64,000 nucleotides of DNA from Dicyema japonicum (Eukaryota > Animalia > Dicyemida). The translations under genes were made by a program, and so were the position numbers. Shown here one piece after another: positions 11,301 to 24,177 of this stretch (its first letter is position 1; each line of letters starts with the position of its first letter). The notes under the pieces were generated by a model. It saw only the letters and a list, made by a program, of their open reading frames with translations. It ran no database searches and was not told the DNA's origin. The stretch is taken from contig RDEW01000055.1 in assembly GCA_011109175.1 (NCBI GenBank), positions 139,516 to 203,515 of the forward strand. Reading direction: 5' to 3'.

Positions 11301-14300
11301 TGTCACGAGCCTAGGGTGTTACACTTCGCTTATTTTTCGATAAAGATTGAAAATTAATTTAGGACCCAAGAACAACAACCAACTAACCAATCTTTATTCA
11401 AGCGAATTATAGAAGTTGATTAAGAGGTTTATGCGAGTCCGCTTATGCGGTCTGAACTCTTCCGACGTACCTCATCTTTATTTTCTTTTTATTTTATCAA
11501 TGGATCCTATCGATCCTCTTCTCCACAATGTATCTTACCGGAGTAAGAATTTTATTTTTTTCTATAGTGAGGGTGTTGAATAGTTTTTTCCCCAAGGCCA
11601 GCGTTATTGCTTACCTTCTTGATTTTTCCATAAGTAGTATAATTCTATCTCTATGGCGTGAGAAAAACCATGCTTCGCATCCATACAATAGTTCCGGCAG
11701 AATAACTCTCGTGAAAACAATCAGAAAAGTCTCCAAGCCTACGGATAGCTTCCTTGTACAAAAAAGCGCTTGTAGCGCTTTCTTCCTTCTTTGTCTCATA
11801 TCTTCCATGAAGGAACCATCTCCATCGATGACTATCCAGAGGTAGCGAAGTGAATTCACTTTTGGAATGCCAAGTGAATAATGCTGGTACACGATGCCTC
11901 CGTATGCGACTGACTCTCATATGGCTCGATTTCTTGGTGGAGAGTGTCATCCCTCTCTTGGAGCACCAGTCCTGAACTTGATCAACGAATAGCCTGATTC
12001 TATTTTCCGATAAAGTGGATTTTCCAGAAGTATCCATGATTAGAATGTCATCCGCGTATATCAACATCTTGGTGTTCATATCTGGTGGAACTGGGAAGTC
12101 TGACAAGAATATATTGAACAACAGCGGGTTCAAGATAGAGCCCTGTGGAACTCCCCTCTTCAATGTAATATCTTTTGACATATATGGTCCGACACGTATT
12201 CGGGAAGTTCGTTCCGTTAGAAAGTTCTTTATCCATATGAAGTGTTTCTTATGGATATTAGCCTTGATAGGAGGGCTTCATGCCACACGCTATCAAAAGC
12301 TTTAGACAGATCCAGACATACTAGGTTGACTTGTCTCTTGAATTCCAGACCTCTCAATACCGTCGAGTGCATCTGGTAGATGCAGTCCGTATAGGATTTT
12401 CCATTGTTCCGTGAGGAGGAAACCACTCTCTTCTATGTGCTCGTTCAGCCTCTTGAAGATAATTCGCTCACAATTTTGGAAATAGAGCAAATGAGGCTGA
12501 TCGGTCTATAGTTGAGAGGGTTCCTCCTCGACTTTCCCGGTTTGAGTACCATTCTGATAATAGAACATTTCCATCGTATTGGGACATATCCACGAGTAAT
12601 ACTCGCGTTAAATAGATTCCTCAGCACAAGCAGCAGATCATCCGGCCCTTCCTTGAACAATCTCATACTTATATGATCATGTCCAGGGGCGTTGTCCTTG
12701 CATGTTCGATCGCATTTATAACGTCCTCTGTCGTTATCTCCATTTCGGTATCATTAAGATCATCCAGAGAGTACGTTAAGAGTTCTTCTGTAGCTTTCAA
12801 CTTTTCCCCTGGGATTAGCTCCATTGGGTTGACCCCCTGGATATGCTCCAGTTGCTTCTTAAAAATAGCTGGAGCTTCTTCCATAGAGCATTATCCTCCT
12901 TCTAATTTGGTCAAAGAGATTTTTGTATCCTTCATGTTCTGGCCAGTTAATCTTTTGTAGAACTTCCAGAACGAAAGGTCTTTCGTATTTAGTTTGCTTG
13001 CCTCGTTCCTCAAATGTTGTTCTTGGGACAGTCTTGTTCCCTCTTCAATGATTTTTTTGATTATTTTTAGATGGTCGGTCATTGCAATCCGGTCAACCCA
13101 GTCACACATCTTCTGAGTTTGTTCCGTATTCGGTTTCTTCCACTAATCATAGATAGTGTATGAGGGGAGAGTTTGATGCTTTTCCCATGATTGGTCTTTG
13201 AAATTCTCCTCCTTGCGTAAAGTGATAAGTATCTCTCCATCATAATTGAGAGGTCTCTGTTCATGTTGTCAATATCATTTCGGGAATAAGGTCCATCCTT
13301 CCAGTTTTTGAGGTTTCTAGATATGTATCTTCTATAGTGTTCCAATTTACTCTTGTCAGGTCGTAACCTGTAAACACAGAGTCCATGGAGTCTGGAGCTA
13401 GGTTCAATATCATCTCTTGGGGTATATGGTCACTTGCGATGTCCCACATGGTCATCGGCTTCTCTACATAAGTGTAGAGCAGTGGTGACACCAGGAACAC
13501 CCCAAGCATGTCTCCCCTTAGTGCGAGTAATGATTCAGTTTTTCCGTTGTCAAAATCTCAAAGCCAGTTTTATCACTCAATTTTCTTAGTCTGATTCCAT
13601 CATCGTTAGTACCGAGGCACCCATAATTAATGTTCTTGGGATTTAGATCACCCACTAGCATAGACATATCGTTTCTTGTGGAGAATTATTCAATTTCCGT
13701 GGAGCACTTTCTAAGGTCTTTTGAATACATTCCACCGACGTGTATCCAACGGCCACAGCATCTCACCTCGATGGAAACAAATTCACAGTGTGTATTCATA
13801 ATAATTTTTGGCTCACGTATCTGTAGAACTTTATTGTAGAACAATGTGGTTCCAGTACCAGCTTCTGCACTTTCGACCCATGGAATTTCTATAGAACTGT
13901 ATCCCTGTAGTATTGTGGTGTTGGTCTTTTTCACCTTGGTCTCGTTGACCACCAGGATGTCAATCTTGGTGGACGATAGTAGTAGTGCCAGGTCATGACG
14001 CCTCTTCTTTAGGAATCGGGCGTTCACCAGCACTATCTTCAAGTTTCTTTAAAATTTTATTGTTGGTGGCCCGGGCTCTTTATGGCCAGGTCCATCATAC
14101 TGCGTAATTCCACCCCGAGTATGCCGCTTAGTTCCTTCAGTCTTGATATTATTTCCTTTAGTTCTTTTGTAATACTCCCTGATAACTTTTCCTTCGGTAG
14201 GCCGACTCTCGTGGAAAGGAGCACTTCGTATTGTTAGTTCTTGCGCCAATTACCCTTTTTTGGGCTGGCAGTTCCAATTTCTTAGTATAATATCCGTCTG

Positions 14301-15329
14301 TTTCGGTTCCCTGTTGTCGATTCGGGAGTTTAACTCTCGTCTGGCCTCCATGAATACAAGGCATCTTTCGTATCTTGCGCCGTGTCGTGTTGACCCGCAG
14401 TTAACAGATTTTCGTTCAAGAGTTGGATCCGCATGACACTTGGTGGTGTCGTGTTCTCCCGCGCAACGGAAGCATTTTTTCTTTCCCGTGCACTGGTATG
14501 CAAAGTGGCCGATTTGCTGACAGCTGTAGCAGATCGGTGATCCTCCGCATCCATTCACAAGAAATCTTGTTCGTCCCGATGTAGAAGCCACATCGTATCA
14601 GTGATGTAGCCTCCGACTTCATATTGATCGTGGCCTTCGCCAATGGCATGGCCTGTAATCCTCTGGTCATTCGGGTAACCTCCGTGACTGAGGGAGCCAT
14701 CTCCTGAAGGTAGTCCAAAAAGTCGTCCTCCTTCACCCAGAAGGGGAGGTTCCTGAGGACAATCTCAGACGGTTTTGTTGAGATCGTCTTAAAATGGTGA
14801 TTGTCATTACCAAAAGGGCAGGTTTCATTCACAACTTCTATAAAGGTGGCCACATGGGTGTTATCCAGGAAATCCAGCCTGAAGAAGCCCGGTTCTCTGT
14901 GGCTCATCCTCATAGTTCCGTATCGGTCATAGTATTGTAAAACGTTTGCGATTTTAATCGCATTCATAGTAGAATTCACTGTAATTAATATAGTCTTGTT
15001 CTCTGATTGATCAGATTTCATTAGTTCATCCGTATATTTGGACATTTCCTTGGATCGTGTTTTGTAATGACATTCGCTGGTTAACAGGTTCTGCCATATG
15101 CGGAGTCTTGTTTTCTAAAGAGAATGATTCAGCAGTAGCACTTCCCGGAGGACGAGAAGAGCTTTTCATTTTGTGGTTTTTACTGGTTTTACTGCAGATC
15201 TCTTCGTGTTAGTTTTTTGAGATAAACACTAATTCCCTATGCGGCCTTCAGCAGCTGTTCGTCAGATAGACACTAATTCCCGAATATTTTTTTCTAAGTC
15301 CATAGGTGTAACCACCTAGGCTCGTGGCA
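11301..15329. mobile_element. Ginger-like TIR element (short MITE) enclosing a LINE
   Basis: 23-bp inverted termini TGTCACGAGCCTAGGGTGTTACA (11301-11323) and TGTAACCACCTAGGCTCGTGGCA (15307-15329), 20/23 match; TATTA on both sides (11296-11300, 15330-15334). Confidence 0.7.
11477..15300 (-). mobile_element. Jockey/I-like LINE (family A), near full length with ORF1 and ORF2, frameshifted
   Basis: ORF1 with CCHC knuckles (CYSCQQIGHFAYQC, CFRCAGEHDTTKC, VNCGSTRHGARYERC); ORF2 APE (DILVVNETK, SDHIP) and RT (NYRPISLICSISK, DLSKAFDSV, GVPQGSILNP, YADD). Confidence 0.9.
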
Positions 15330-15454
15330 TATTATTTTATTTTTATTTATCGATTTAGTATACTTTTATTTGTTACAATTTTACGGTGTCTCTAAATAAA
15401 ACACGTTTTATTTAACAATAAAATATTATTTATTAAAAAACAAAAAAAATTTTA

Positions 15455-15761
15455 GTCGCGTGGCGCCGTGTGGTGCTTAGTGGCTAATTGGTTCAAGCTT
15501 CTGTTTGGTCGTCTGTTCGTCCTCTCTTCCTATTAGAGTGGCGTCATGTGATCAACCTGTCTAGGTGGCACCAAGTACCGGCTGGCACGAAAAAAAAATC
15601 ATTTACTCTCCCCCACTCCACTAAAGATGTTTCTACAACTGCAGTATGGACGTCTTTTACCCTTTATGTTGATTTCGGATGGACTCTGTGAAGTGGAAAC
15701 TGGATACACATAATTAGTTGTTTACTTTAACTTCTTTCTCGGTGTATCTTGGTTAATAAAT
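15455..15761 (+). mobile_element. SINE family 1 copy A (tRNA head, Vingi 5' signature, Vingi 3' tail)
   Basis: Box A-like tggcgccgtgtgg; about 300 bp shared with 34215-34513 and 52236-52560; tail cttctttctcggtgt matches the Vingi copy 2 3' end. Confidence 0.85.
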
Positions 15762-15764
15762 GTG

Positions 15765-16320
15765 ACCGGTTAGATACGAGCCGTTAAAGACGTTATTCGT
15801 AAAGCCGTTTAAAATCAATAATTTTTTAATGAAAAATAAAACAATTTGTTTAAATCAGAAAACCATATTTACAGTAAATCATATTTAAAACTGCCATCCA
15901 TCCAAAGTGGACCCCGCCGACATTATCGACGTTGCGTTGCCTCTCACGATTGCAACAGAAATCAACTGGAATAGCCACCGGGTCTCACGTGCGTCGTGGC
16001 TTTTTAGTGTAGCTAAGCGTCCAAGTTTCTTTAGGAAGCGAAGCGATTTTCCACTTATTCCTCCAGTTGTCTCGACCACTATCGGATAAAACGCGAATCG
16101 GTCGCGTAGCGCTTCGTACTTCTCCTTTGTCCTCATCGTTTTTTCCGCGGAATACAGTGTGTCTACCACGTTCCCGACAATGTTGGACGGGCAAAGCGTG
16201 TCGACACAAGTAGCGTCCAAAACCAAAGGTTTCCCCTCTTCGAGTGGGAAAATTGTGATCCCGTCGGAACGTTTTCCGTCTCCTCTGTCCAGACCAACAG
16301 GTTCTAGTATGGCTGGGTTA
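15765..16320 (-). mobile_element. CRE-like retroelement, 5'-truncated (RLE domain and 3' UTR)
   Basis: [16 protein letters not shown]...LVLDATCVDT...PIVVETTG...ISVAIVRGNA, a restriction-like endonuclease signature. Confidence 0.85.
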
Positions 16321-16389
16321 ATGAAAAGTAAATCAATAAATTAATTAATGATAGTAATTTTAATAATTTAAATTTGTCACAAATTTTCT

Positions 16390-16620
16390 TTTGAACATGT
16401 TCACCTCAAAAATGGACATCCTGGTCGTGATAGACTTCTATCTCTTCTAAAGAATCTAGTCTATGGATCTTGCAGAGATGAAGCTATGGTTGTTCTCAGG
16501 TCAACACATTGATACATTCATATATCATGTTAAAGGAGTATCTGCCACAGGAATGATTGATCTAGAAGGAGATGGTAGTGTGATTCAAGAATATAGCAGA
16601 GACTTAGCGAAGCTAGAATA
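16390..16620 (+). mobile_element. Gypsy/Ginger-type integrase N-terminal fragment
   Basis: HLKNGHPGRDRLLSLLK resembles the HH half of the integrase HHCC zinc domain. Confidence 0.4.
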
Positions 16621-16769
16621 ATTTTACAATATAAATTTTTTTATTTTTTTCTAATAAAAACAGTTATTATTATTTTGATCATTTATAATATATTAGAAAT
16701 CCCAATTCTTAAAATACGTTCGGCTTTTTGGTTGAAGTGGTGACGTGCTTCTGTTTTTCTTCTCTAGAA

Positions 16770-19712
16770 AAATTCATGTCTTTATCATGTCTAAATGCAA
16801 AATCCTTGTTTTCCATCGCCACATACAATGTTCGTGGCCTCTCATCTCTGATCAAGAGGGAACTATTATCCGAAGATCTGTCCCGTTACAAAATCGACAT
16901 TTGCTGCATACAGGAAACAAAGAACGCCCTAGGATCCGATGAAACCATTGGTAACTACCGGATTCTTCTACTCCCATCAGAAAATCGACATTACGGTCTG
17001 GTTTTGCAAATTAACTCGAACTAGTGAACTGCTTGCATAAAGTATGGACAGTCAGTGATCGTGTTGCCGTTATGCAATTGTGTTTATCATCTACAAACAA
17101 TACTATGATGACTGGTTTCAATGTATATGCCCCACACATGGGCAGAGTTTCCAAAAATATGGATGAGTTGGAAGAGTTTTATCAAATCCTATCGAATACA
17201 TATATGCGAGTTCATCGATCTGCACTTATATTTATCTGTGGTGACTGGAATGCCAAGGCTGGCATGAGAAGGCACGACGAAGTCTGTATGGGAAAATATG
17301 GCAGAGGGTATCGTAATCTCTCTGGACACTCACTCATGGATTTTTGTAATTCATCAAATCTGTATCTATGCAATACCACTTTTAAACACCCAACAAAACA
17401 TAGAACTACCTGGGTTGGCATAAGAAGGTCCAAAGACGAACATATGCGCATATTCAACCAAATAGACTACATTATCTGCCCTATCTCCTTGAAGAGACTT
17501 CTGTCTGACTCTAGGAGTTATGGAGGAACCACTACTGACAGTGACCATAAGCTAACGGTGGCCAGATTAAATCTCAAACGATACTACGAGGCAGTCAAGA
17601 GGAATTGAGGCAGTCAAGAGGAAAAGCACACCTCTAAATAGACGTTTGGCTGTGGAAATGTTGACTTTTGACACTTGGCAAAAGAGATACAAAAAATGTC
17701 TCTAAACGTTTACGTGGAGTTGAACCCAGTAGCACCCCTCGACTGACCTCGGGAAGATCTTGGATATTCTAAAACTGTCGGCGATAGACCCCTTAATTCG
17801 AGAATTGTCTGAGCAGCAGAAAGAAATACGTTCGAAACTGGGAAGTTCAAATTCGAATAAATGTGCATTAAGGAGAAAACGCAATCAAATATCGCATCTG
17901 ATAAGAAGACGATCAAATATCCTTTGGCACAAATATTTGGACGATAAAGCAACTGAAATCGAAAACTGTCAGTATGGAAGACGAATGTTCTATGCTGTTA
18001 GACTACTTACACGAGGAACTGCAAAGAAACCACTGAAAGTCTGTGACGACGAAGGTCAATATCTTCAAAACCCTGAGGATAAAGCAAATTATATTGCTAG
18101 ACACTTCGAGTTGTTGTTTAAATCTGAAGGGATGAATGTACCTAAATTTATTGGATATCCGAGACCCCTTACAAACAAAATTACAATAAAGGAAGTAACC
18201 GATGCATTTATGCATCTAAAGGGAAATCGGTCGGCTGGTTATGATGGCATTCCGGGTGAGTTACTAAAACATGCCCCGGTTACTGTTGGGAATATAATCA
18301 CGAATATCTTAAATGAGTCGATGGAACTTCACTGTCCACTTCCTTTGGGACATGGAGTCTTAATTCCAATACATAAACCTGGGAAAAAAGAAGGGTCGTT
18401 GGACGGACTAAGACCTATTATTCTATTGTCAGTTATCAGGAAAACCTTATCGATCATAGTGCTTAACCGTATACGAGAGCCAGTGGAAAAATACCTTTCC
18501 CTAAGTCAAAGTGGGTTTAGAAGTGGAAGATCAACCTCAGATATTGTGTGGAGTCATCGATGGCTCACATCAATATGTCAAAAATACACGAAAGTAATCT
18601 ACATCCTAGGAATTGATCTAACGAAGGCTTTTGACAGCATCAATAGAGAAAAACTCATGATTGTTCTAAAGGAACTGCTTGACGAGGACTGCCTGAGACT
18701 AATAAGTTTATTACTTTCCGAAACTGACCTATCCGTGAGAATAGGAACAAAGCATTCGAAGAGTTTCAGTACCAACATGGGCACTCCACAAGGAGATTCC
18801 TTGTCCCCAATTATATTTATTGTTTACCTCGAAGCTGCGCTCAAGGAATTGAGAAATGTCATGGGTCCTAAATACCGGGACATAACAGAGTTAATTTATG
18901 CGGATGATGTAGACTTTGTGTCTACCGACCAAGAAATACTTGACCAAATTTTACTTCAAGCCGAACGTATTTTTAAGAATTGGGGTTTACGCATAAACAT
19001 TAAAAAAACTGATTATACACGAGTCGAACGAGCAGAATCAAGGAACGATGAGTGCTGGAGACATACCAAAAAACTCGGCTCACTGCTAGGTGATGCTGAG
19101 GATATTTGTCGAAGGAAAATGCTGGCTACCATATACTTCAAAAAAATGTACCAAATTTGGATAAGGAAAAAACATGTATCACTGAAACTTCGTGTCAGAC
19201 TATACGTTTGTTAAACCAATTTTGCTATACAATTCCGGAACATGGGCATGTTCTAAAATTGATTTAGAGAAGCTAGATACTTTTCACAGGAACCAACTCC
19301 GCATGTTGATTGGAATTTTTTGGGCCGAGAAAAATCTCAAATGAAAATCTATATTCACGATGTAAATCCAGACCACTCAGCACCGATGTTATTTTATCGA
19401 GATGGCGACTATTTGGACATATCCTCAGACTGGACCCGACTACGCCATGTAACAGAATAATGGAAGAATATTTCTACTACGCCGGAAGTCGCGGATTTCG
19501 AGGCAGACCAAGAAACACACTTCCAACCTGCTTAAAAGATGACTACGAACAAAATAGTCTTAAATTGGTGACAGCGGACGATCTGGATGATGTTCGAATG
19601 AGGGCCAGGAACAAGATGGCGTGGGCGGGGATGGCGAGGAGGATGGCTGCAAAACATGGCTCAAGCGAACCCCTTTTAGGGCCACGCGAAAGAGCTCTTA
19701 ACTAACTAACTA
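16770..19712 (+). mobile_element. RTE-clade LINE copy 2, near full length with few disruptions
   Basis: APE (ATYNVRGL, CCIQETK, GDWNAK, QIDYII, SDHKL); 484-aa RT segment (GIDLTKAFD, TPQGDSLSP, YADD); (TAAC)n tail at 19700-19716. Confidence 0.92.
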
Positions 19713-19715
19713 ACT

Positions 19716-22700
19716 AACAACAACGGGGAAGAGCGGCTGATGACATTACGGAGTAAGCGTTTCCGTGGACAACTGCAATCCCAATTCTGCAACCGCTTCC
19801 CGCACGTCTTTCTTACGATGGGCCAATTTCCCCTGATTTCCTTCAGGAAAGAGGCTGTAATACTTCCCGCAGCACCAGACGTATCGATTACCATCGGTAC
19901 AAAACGAAAGCAATCTCCAATTTTTGCCATATTTTTTAATCTTGATTTTCTCGGACAGATCGGCAGCCGATCCATCAGACTGCGCCGAGCTGAGCATCAA
20001 AGAGGTTCGAGAACAAATCCACAACAGTGCAGTCCCATACGAGCAATTTTCCCTCAGTGAACGGAAAAATTGTTAACCCATCTGGTCTTTTCCCATCTCC
20101 GCGGTCTAATCCTACGGGCTCCAGTACTGCCGGGAAGCCTGCAGCTTCAAGAGCACGCATGACAATGTTGTTCATAGCAGCGTGGCGAGGTGCTCTGCCC
20201 GCACTCCTTTTGCACGAAAGCGGATGCAGCTCTTAGGTATCGACGATCCCTCCACAACGACATTGATGTTTGACGCAAACATCAACTCCCAGGCGCTGTG
20301 CGATCCCAATCCGAATACAGCCATCGTCCAAAAAGGTCCCCAGAAGTAACAAGGGAGTGCATCCAGTCATGCTCCCATGGTTGGCGGCGACATGAGGCAT
20401 GCAAAACGATGCTGGTTGACCTCAGACTTTATCACGTCGAAGATATTCTGGAGTAGATCTCATCCCATTCCCGTTGCCTCGAAGGATCGTTCTGCGTATC
20501 CAAACCAGTTTCACACCAATCGCGAGAGCTTCGTCGAAGACTTATTCCCAAGGAAGTCCGGTTGGAGAACATAGAATATTTTGGACCAAAAGGCTTCCAC
20601 TTGAGAGCGATGACACATTTGCTGGAAAGGCGATCTCTTAACGCAAACCTGAGACCCGTGCCTCCGAGGCGTGTAGGAAGCTTGCATTGATTCCAACTCG
20701 GCACGTCAAAGTGGATGCTTAGAAGCAATGTCCTATCCAGTGACAGGTGGATGTCACAATGTTTAAAGCAGAGAGTACAACGGAGAGCGTAAATTAGTTT
20801 GGGTAAGCCGATGATATTCATCAAAAGGAAGAACGTTGTATGAGCATCGAGTGAGGAGAGTTTCTCCGTAACTCTAGAGAGTTCATCCTCCTTTGTTAGT
20901 AGCAGCTCCGCAGTTCCTTTTCGTAGACACTTAAGAAGTATGTCCGCTCCCTGGGTACTACAGTAATTCCAGGTAGTACCGAATTGAAAGACTCCATTAA
21001 ATTGATAAAATCACTCTCCGAGTATGTGATATTTATTGCTCCGATTTTTTATATTTATCTCAAGTCCGAGGTTTTGTAGTGCCGGCACAGCATGTGACAG
21101 AATGTCATGAACTTTTCTCCACGGCCCTCCTATCATAGCATCACCAAAATACCAAAGGTTTAGTTCTGTGTTGATAGAGCGGACAATTTCATCGATGACC
21201 AGAGCGAAGAGAAGTGGACCCTTGTTGGACTCCAGTCTCCGAACAAATAATATTGTCCTCGAAAACCAGTGAAGAGTTGGTTCCATATGCGAGATAGACG
21301 AGTGGAATAAGTTCCGGAGCTTGTTTTCTTGTAGTTTCGAAAATTTAATTCCTTGCAGTGAATTAAGGGCGTTGCAGATGTCCAGCTTGACCCAATGTGT
21401 GAGTTTTGTTCGTCTTCCTGTCCAAAGAAACACCTCGCAGAATGCACTGCAGCCTCGCATCCGTTCCTTACACATACCCCCAGTTGGAGGGGAAAAAATT
21501 CTTCAGATATTCTCGGACAGACAATGATGCATGCGATTTTCGATGTCAGTCTTCTGAAATAGTTGCCGACCGCGATGGTGCGGACCCCACCTCTGGTTTT
21601 TTGAAGGCCAGTAGATGTGCACTGAAATGAAGCTCCCTTGCGTAAGGAGGAATATCTCCGTTCAAAATACCCATAACCAGTTTTGTAATTGATTTGACAA
21701 GGTTACAGCCAGCTTCTGCAGTAGCCCCCGCCGTAAGATCCTTAATGTGACCTGGCCGCAAGTCATCGAAACCTCCACTGCTACTCGCCGCAAACGACGA
21801 AATGCCGTGTCGCACTTCGCCTTCGGTGACGTCGTCCTTGACACATTTCCCGAATGCACGAAGGGGCGGTAGTCAGCCGGGGGAGATGGATGTTTTCGTC
21901 TTAGTAGTTCAAGCACCTCAGGCCATGACAGCATCGTCGCTGGCAACGCCGCTCGGACGTAGCCTTCAAATAGTTTACGATTTACTCTCTAAGTTTGTCT
22001 CGGGTCATTAGAGAAACCGGAGGATTGACATCAGGATGTTTTTGGTTTCAGGACTTTCTTCTTGGTAAGAGAATACATGTGAAAAACCTGGATGTTCTTC
22101 ATTTTTGAGGAAAATGAGTTCCCAAGTGTCGTACTTTCTCCTGTGTTCCGTTGATCTTCTTTTTGAGTCGATAAATGAATTCCAATTGCCACCGGACGAA
22201 ACTGAAGAGTTTAGCCAGGCCTTTTGACGTGAGAGCCTTGTCAATTCCAGAGCCAGGCATGTATCCGCAGGGATCCGGAAAGGTTTTGAGATCCTGATTG
22301 GAATCTTCCAGGCTTCTTTAGATCCGACAAAAGAGCAAGAGGTTATCCATATCATTGAGGTCCAGAGGCTCATTCAGTTTGGAATGATTGTCTGGGTTTT
22401 CTGACCAGTGACCAGGCAGGCAGTGCAGTTCTACAGGCAGAGTGAACATGCAACCCGCTGAGACATCTTAGTTGGAACAAGTCCTCGCGGACGAGCAGAA
22501 AAGTCCACATTTGCGTGCATTGGCATAACCGCATGAAGAGCATGTCGTGTCCAGTCTCTTGGGTATAATATGTGTTGCTCTATGATGCGAACGTCGCTCC
22601 ATGATGAGGTTCTGTAGTAATGAAGAGATTCTTCAGTTCAGGTCCGTGGGTAATGAACAATTCGAAATATAATTACTAATACGCACCACAACACAACCAC
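19716..22700 (-). mobile_element. CRE-clade-like non-LTR retrotransposon (RT plus RLE), near full length, degenerate
   Basis: [74 protein letters not shown]. Confidence 0.82.
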
Positions 22701-23269
22701 GTTTTTTAATTATTTTTTAATTGTGTCCCTAAATTGATATGATTTTAAAACTTCCACAAATCCGAGGGTGTCCACCCCTTATGTCTGTCTCAATTCGGGT
22801 CGGACTGTATATGCAAATTCTCTTGATATAGTTACCTTCGCGTCGGATTCTTATCATTTTCATAGTCCAGAAATCCTTCACTTCTTCAGTGGTAGACTTC
22901 ATGGATGAGAGACCTCGATAAGTTTATGCCAATGACTGGAGTTAAGTTTTGGTATCTTTAATCTACGGTTCCGTTTTTGGTTCCGACCGTCGCCGTTCTC
23001 TGCGTCTTAAATCCTATGACTTGGTGCACTAATACAAATACTTTCCGTAGCAAGATTATCGAGCATAGATTTTGTTACGTTGCTACTGCCTTGTTAAATT
23101 TCTAGAAGGATAGGTATTCTTTTATGACAACCATAGTACAGTAAAGTCTCTCGAATCCGCCGATTCTGGGAATTCTGGCAGATTCGATAGACTTATTGAT
23201 TTTTTACCCATTAATAATTAATAATGTAAATCAAAAAAATTATTTATAAGCAAAAAAATCAGTAAGTTT

Positions 23270-24043
23270 TGATTTGTTTTTTTAGAGTTCGGATGATTGA
23301 AGATTTAAAGCTTTTCTTGTTCTACTTTCTCCGAATCATTCAAATCAAGTTCTTCATTTTTATTGTAGTCAATTTCGATATAAAGTCTCTCTGATTAAGG
23401 TTTTAACAAACACTTTTAAACTTTTTTTCATACTAACATTACTTGGGCCAAGGTTCAAGTTTCTGCAAAATGATTCAATTCAAAGTTTAAATTGAGACGT
23501 CTGTTCCCTTGCGCCTGCGACGTTAGAATTTTTGAGTCGTCTAGGGAATCGGATTTCTACATTCAAGAGATCCCCATGAGGGCTGCCGGTTATTTGAGAT
23601 AAATTTCCTTGCCATCCTGAAAAGAAATAGCCAAGTCGTCCGATATATGACCATTTGCTCACTTTTTTGTCATTAATGAATTTAAAAAGTTTGAATTATT
23701 CATATGAAACTTTTTCCGTGACTCATACACAGACATTCTTTTCTCAAGGACAATCTAATATAAAAAAACTTAATCCTACTCTCTTCCGTGGTTTTTCTTC
23801 TTGTATCTCACTTATGATCGAGCATGACACGTCATTGACTTTACGTCAATAAAATTATCACTCAGGACAATTTTAATTGATTCAAACCAATAAAAATTAC
23901 AAATATTAGAATTAGACGTAGAACGTTAAGTATTTGATCCTTGAATCATCATATTCAGAGTGGGGAAGAACCAACTCGACGTCCAAGTTCAAGCACTCAG
24001 AAGTATCTAAATGTTGGTTTGTCTCAACACAACCACCAAACAT
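23270..24043 (-). CDS. Possible unidentified spliced host gene, divergent from the bZIP gene
   Basis: ATG-initiated 43-codon exon and further open segments separated by 22-25 nt GT-AG segments (gtaggattaagttttttaatattag; gtaatgttagtatgaaaaaaag); no recognised domain and model incomplete. Confidence 0.3.
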
Positions 24044-24177
24044 TAAAACCGATTTTTTCTATGAAATTTAATATTAAATTTCATAGAAAAAATAATTTAT
24101 CAAAATTAAAAGTAATTTAATGGGATATTATTCCGAAGCGAATAATTTATAAGTGAATTATTTATGAATTAATGTGA

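Noticed and set aside
11301-11475. The TGTCAC-ended short element as a solo LTR (it has an AATAAA on the minus strand)
   Set aside because: Not excluded, but 23-bp inverted termini and their resemblance to the 51234 TIRs fit a Ginger-like MITE better.
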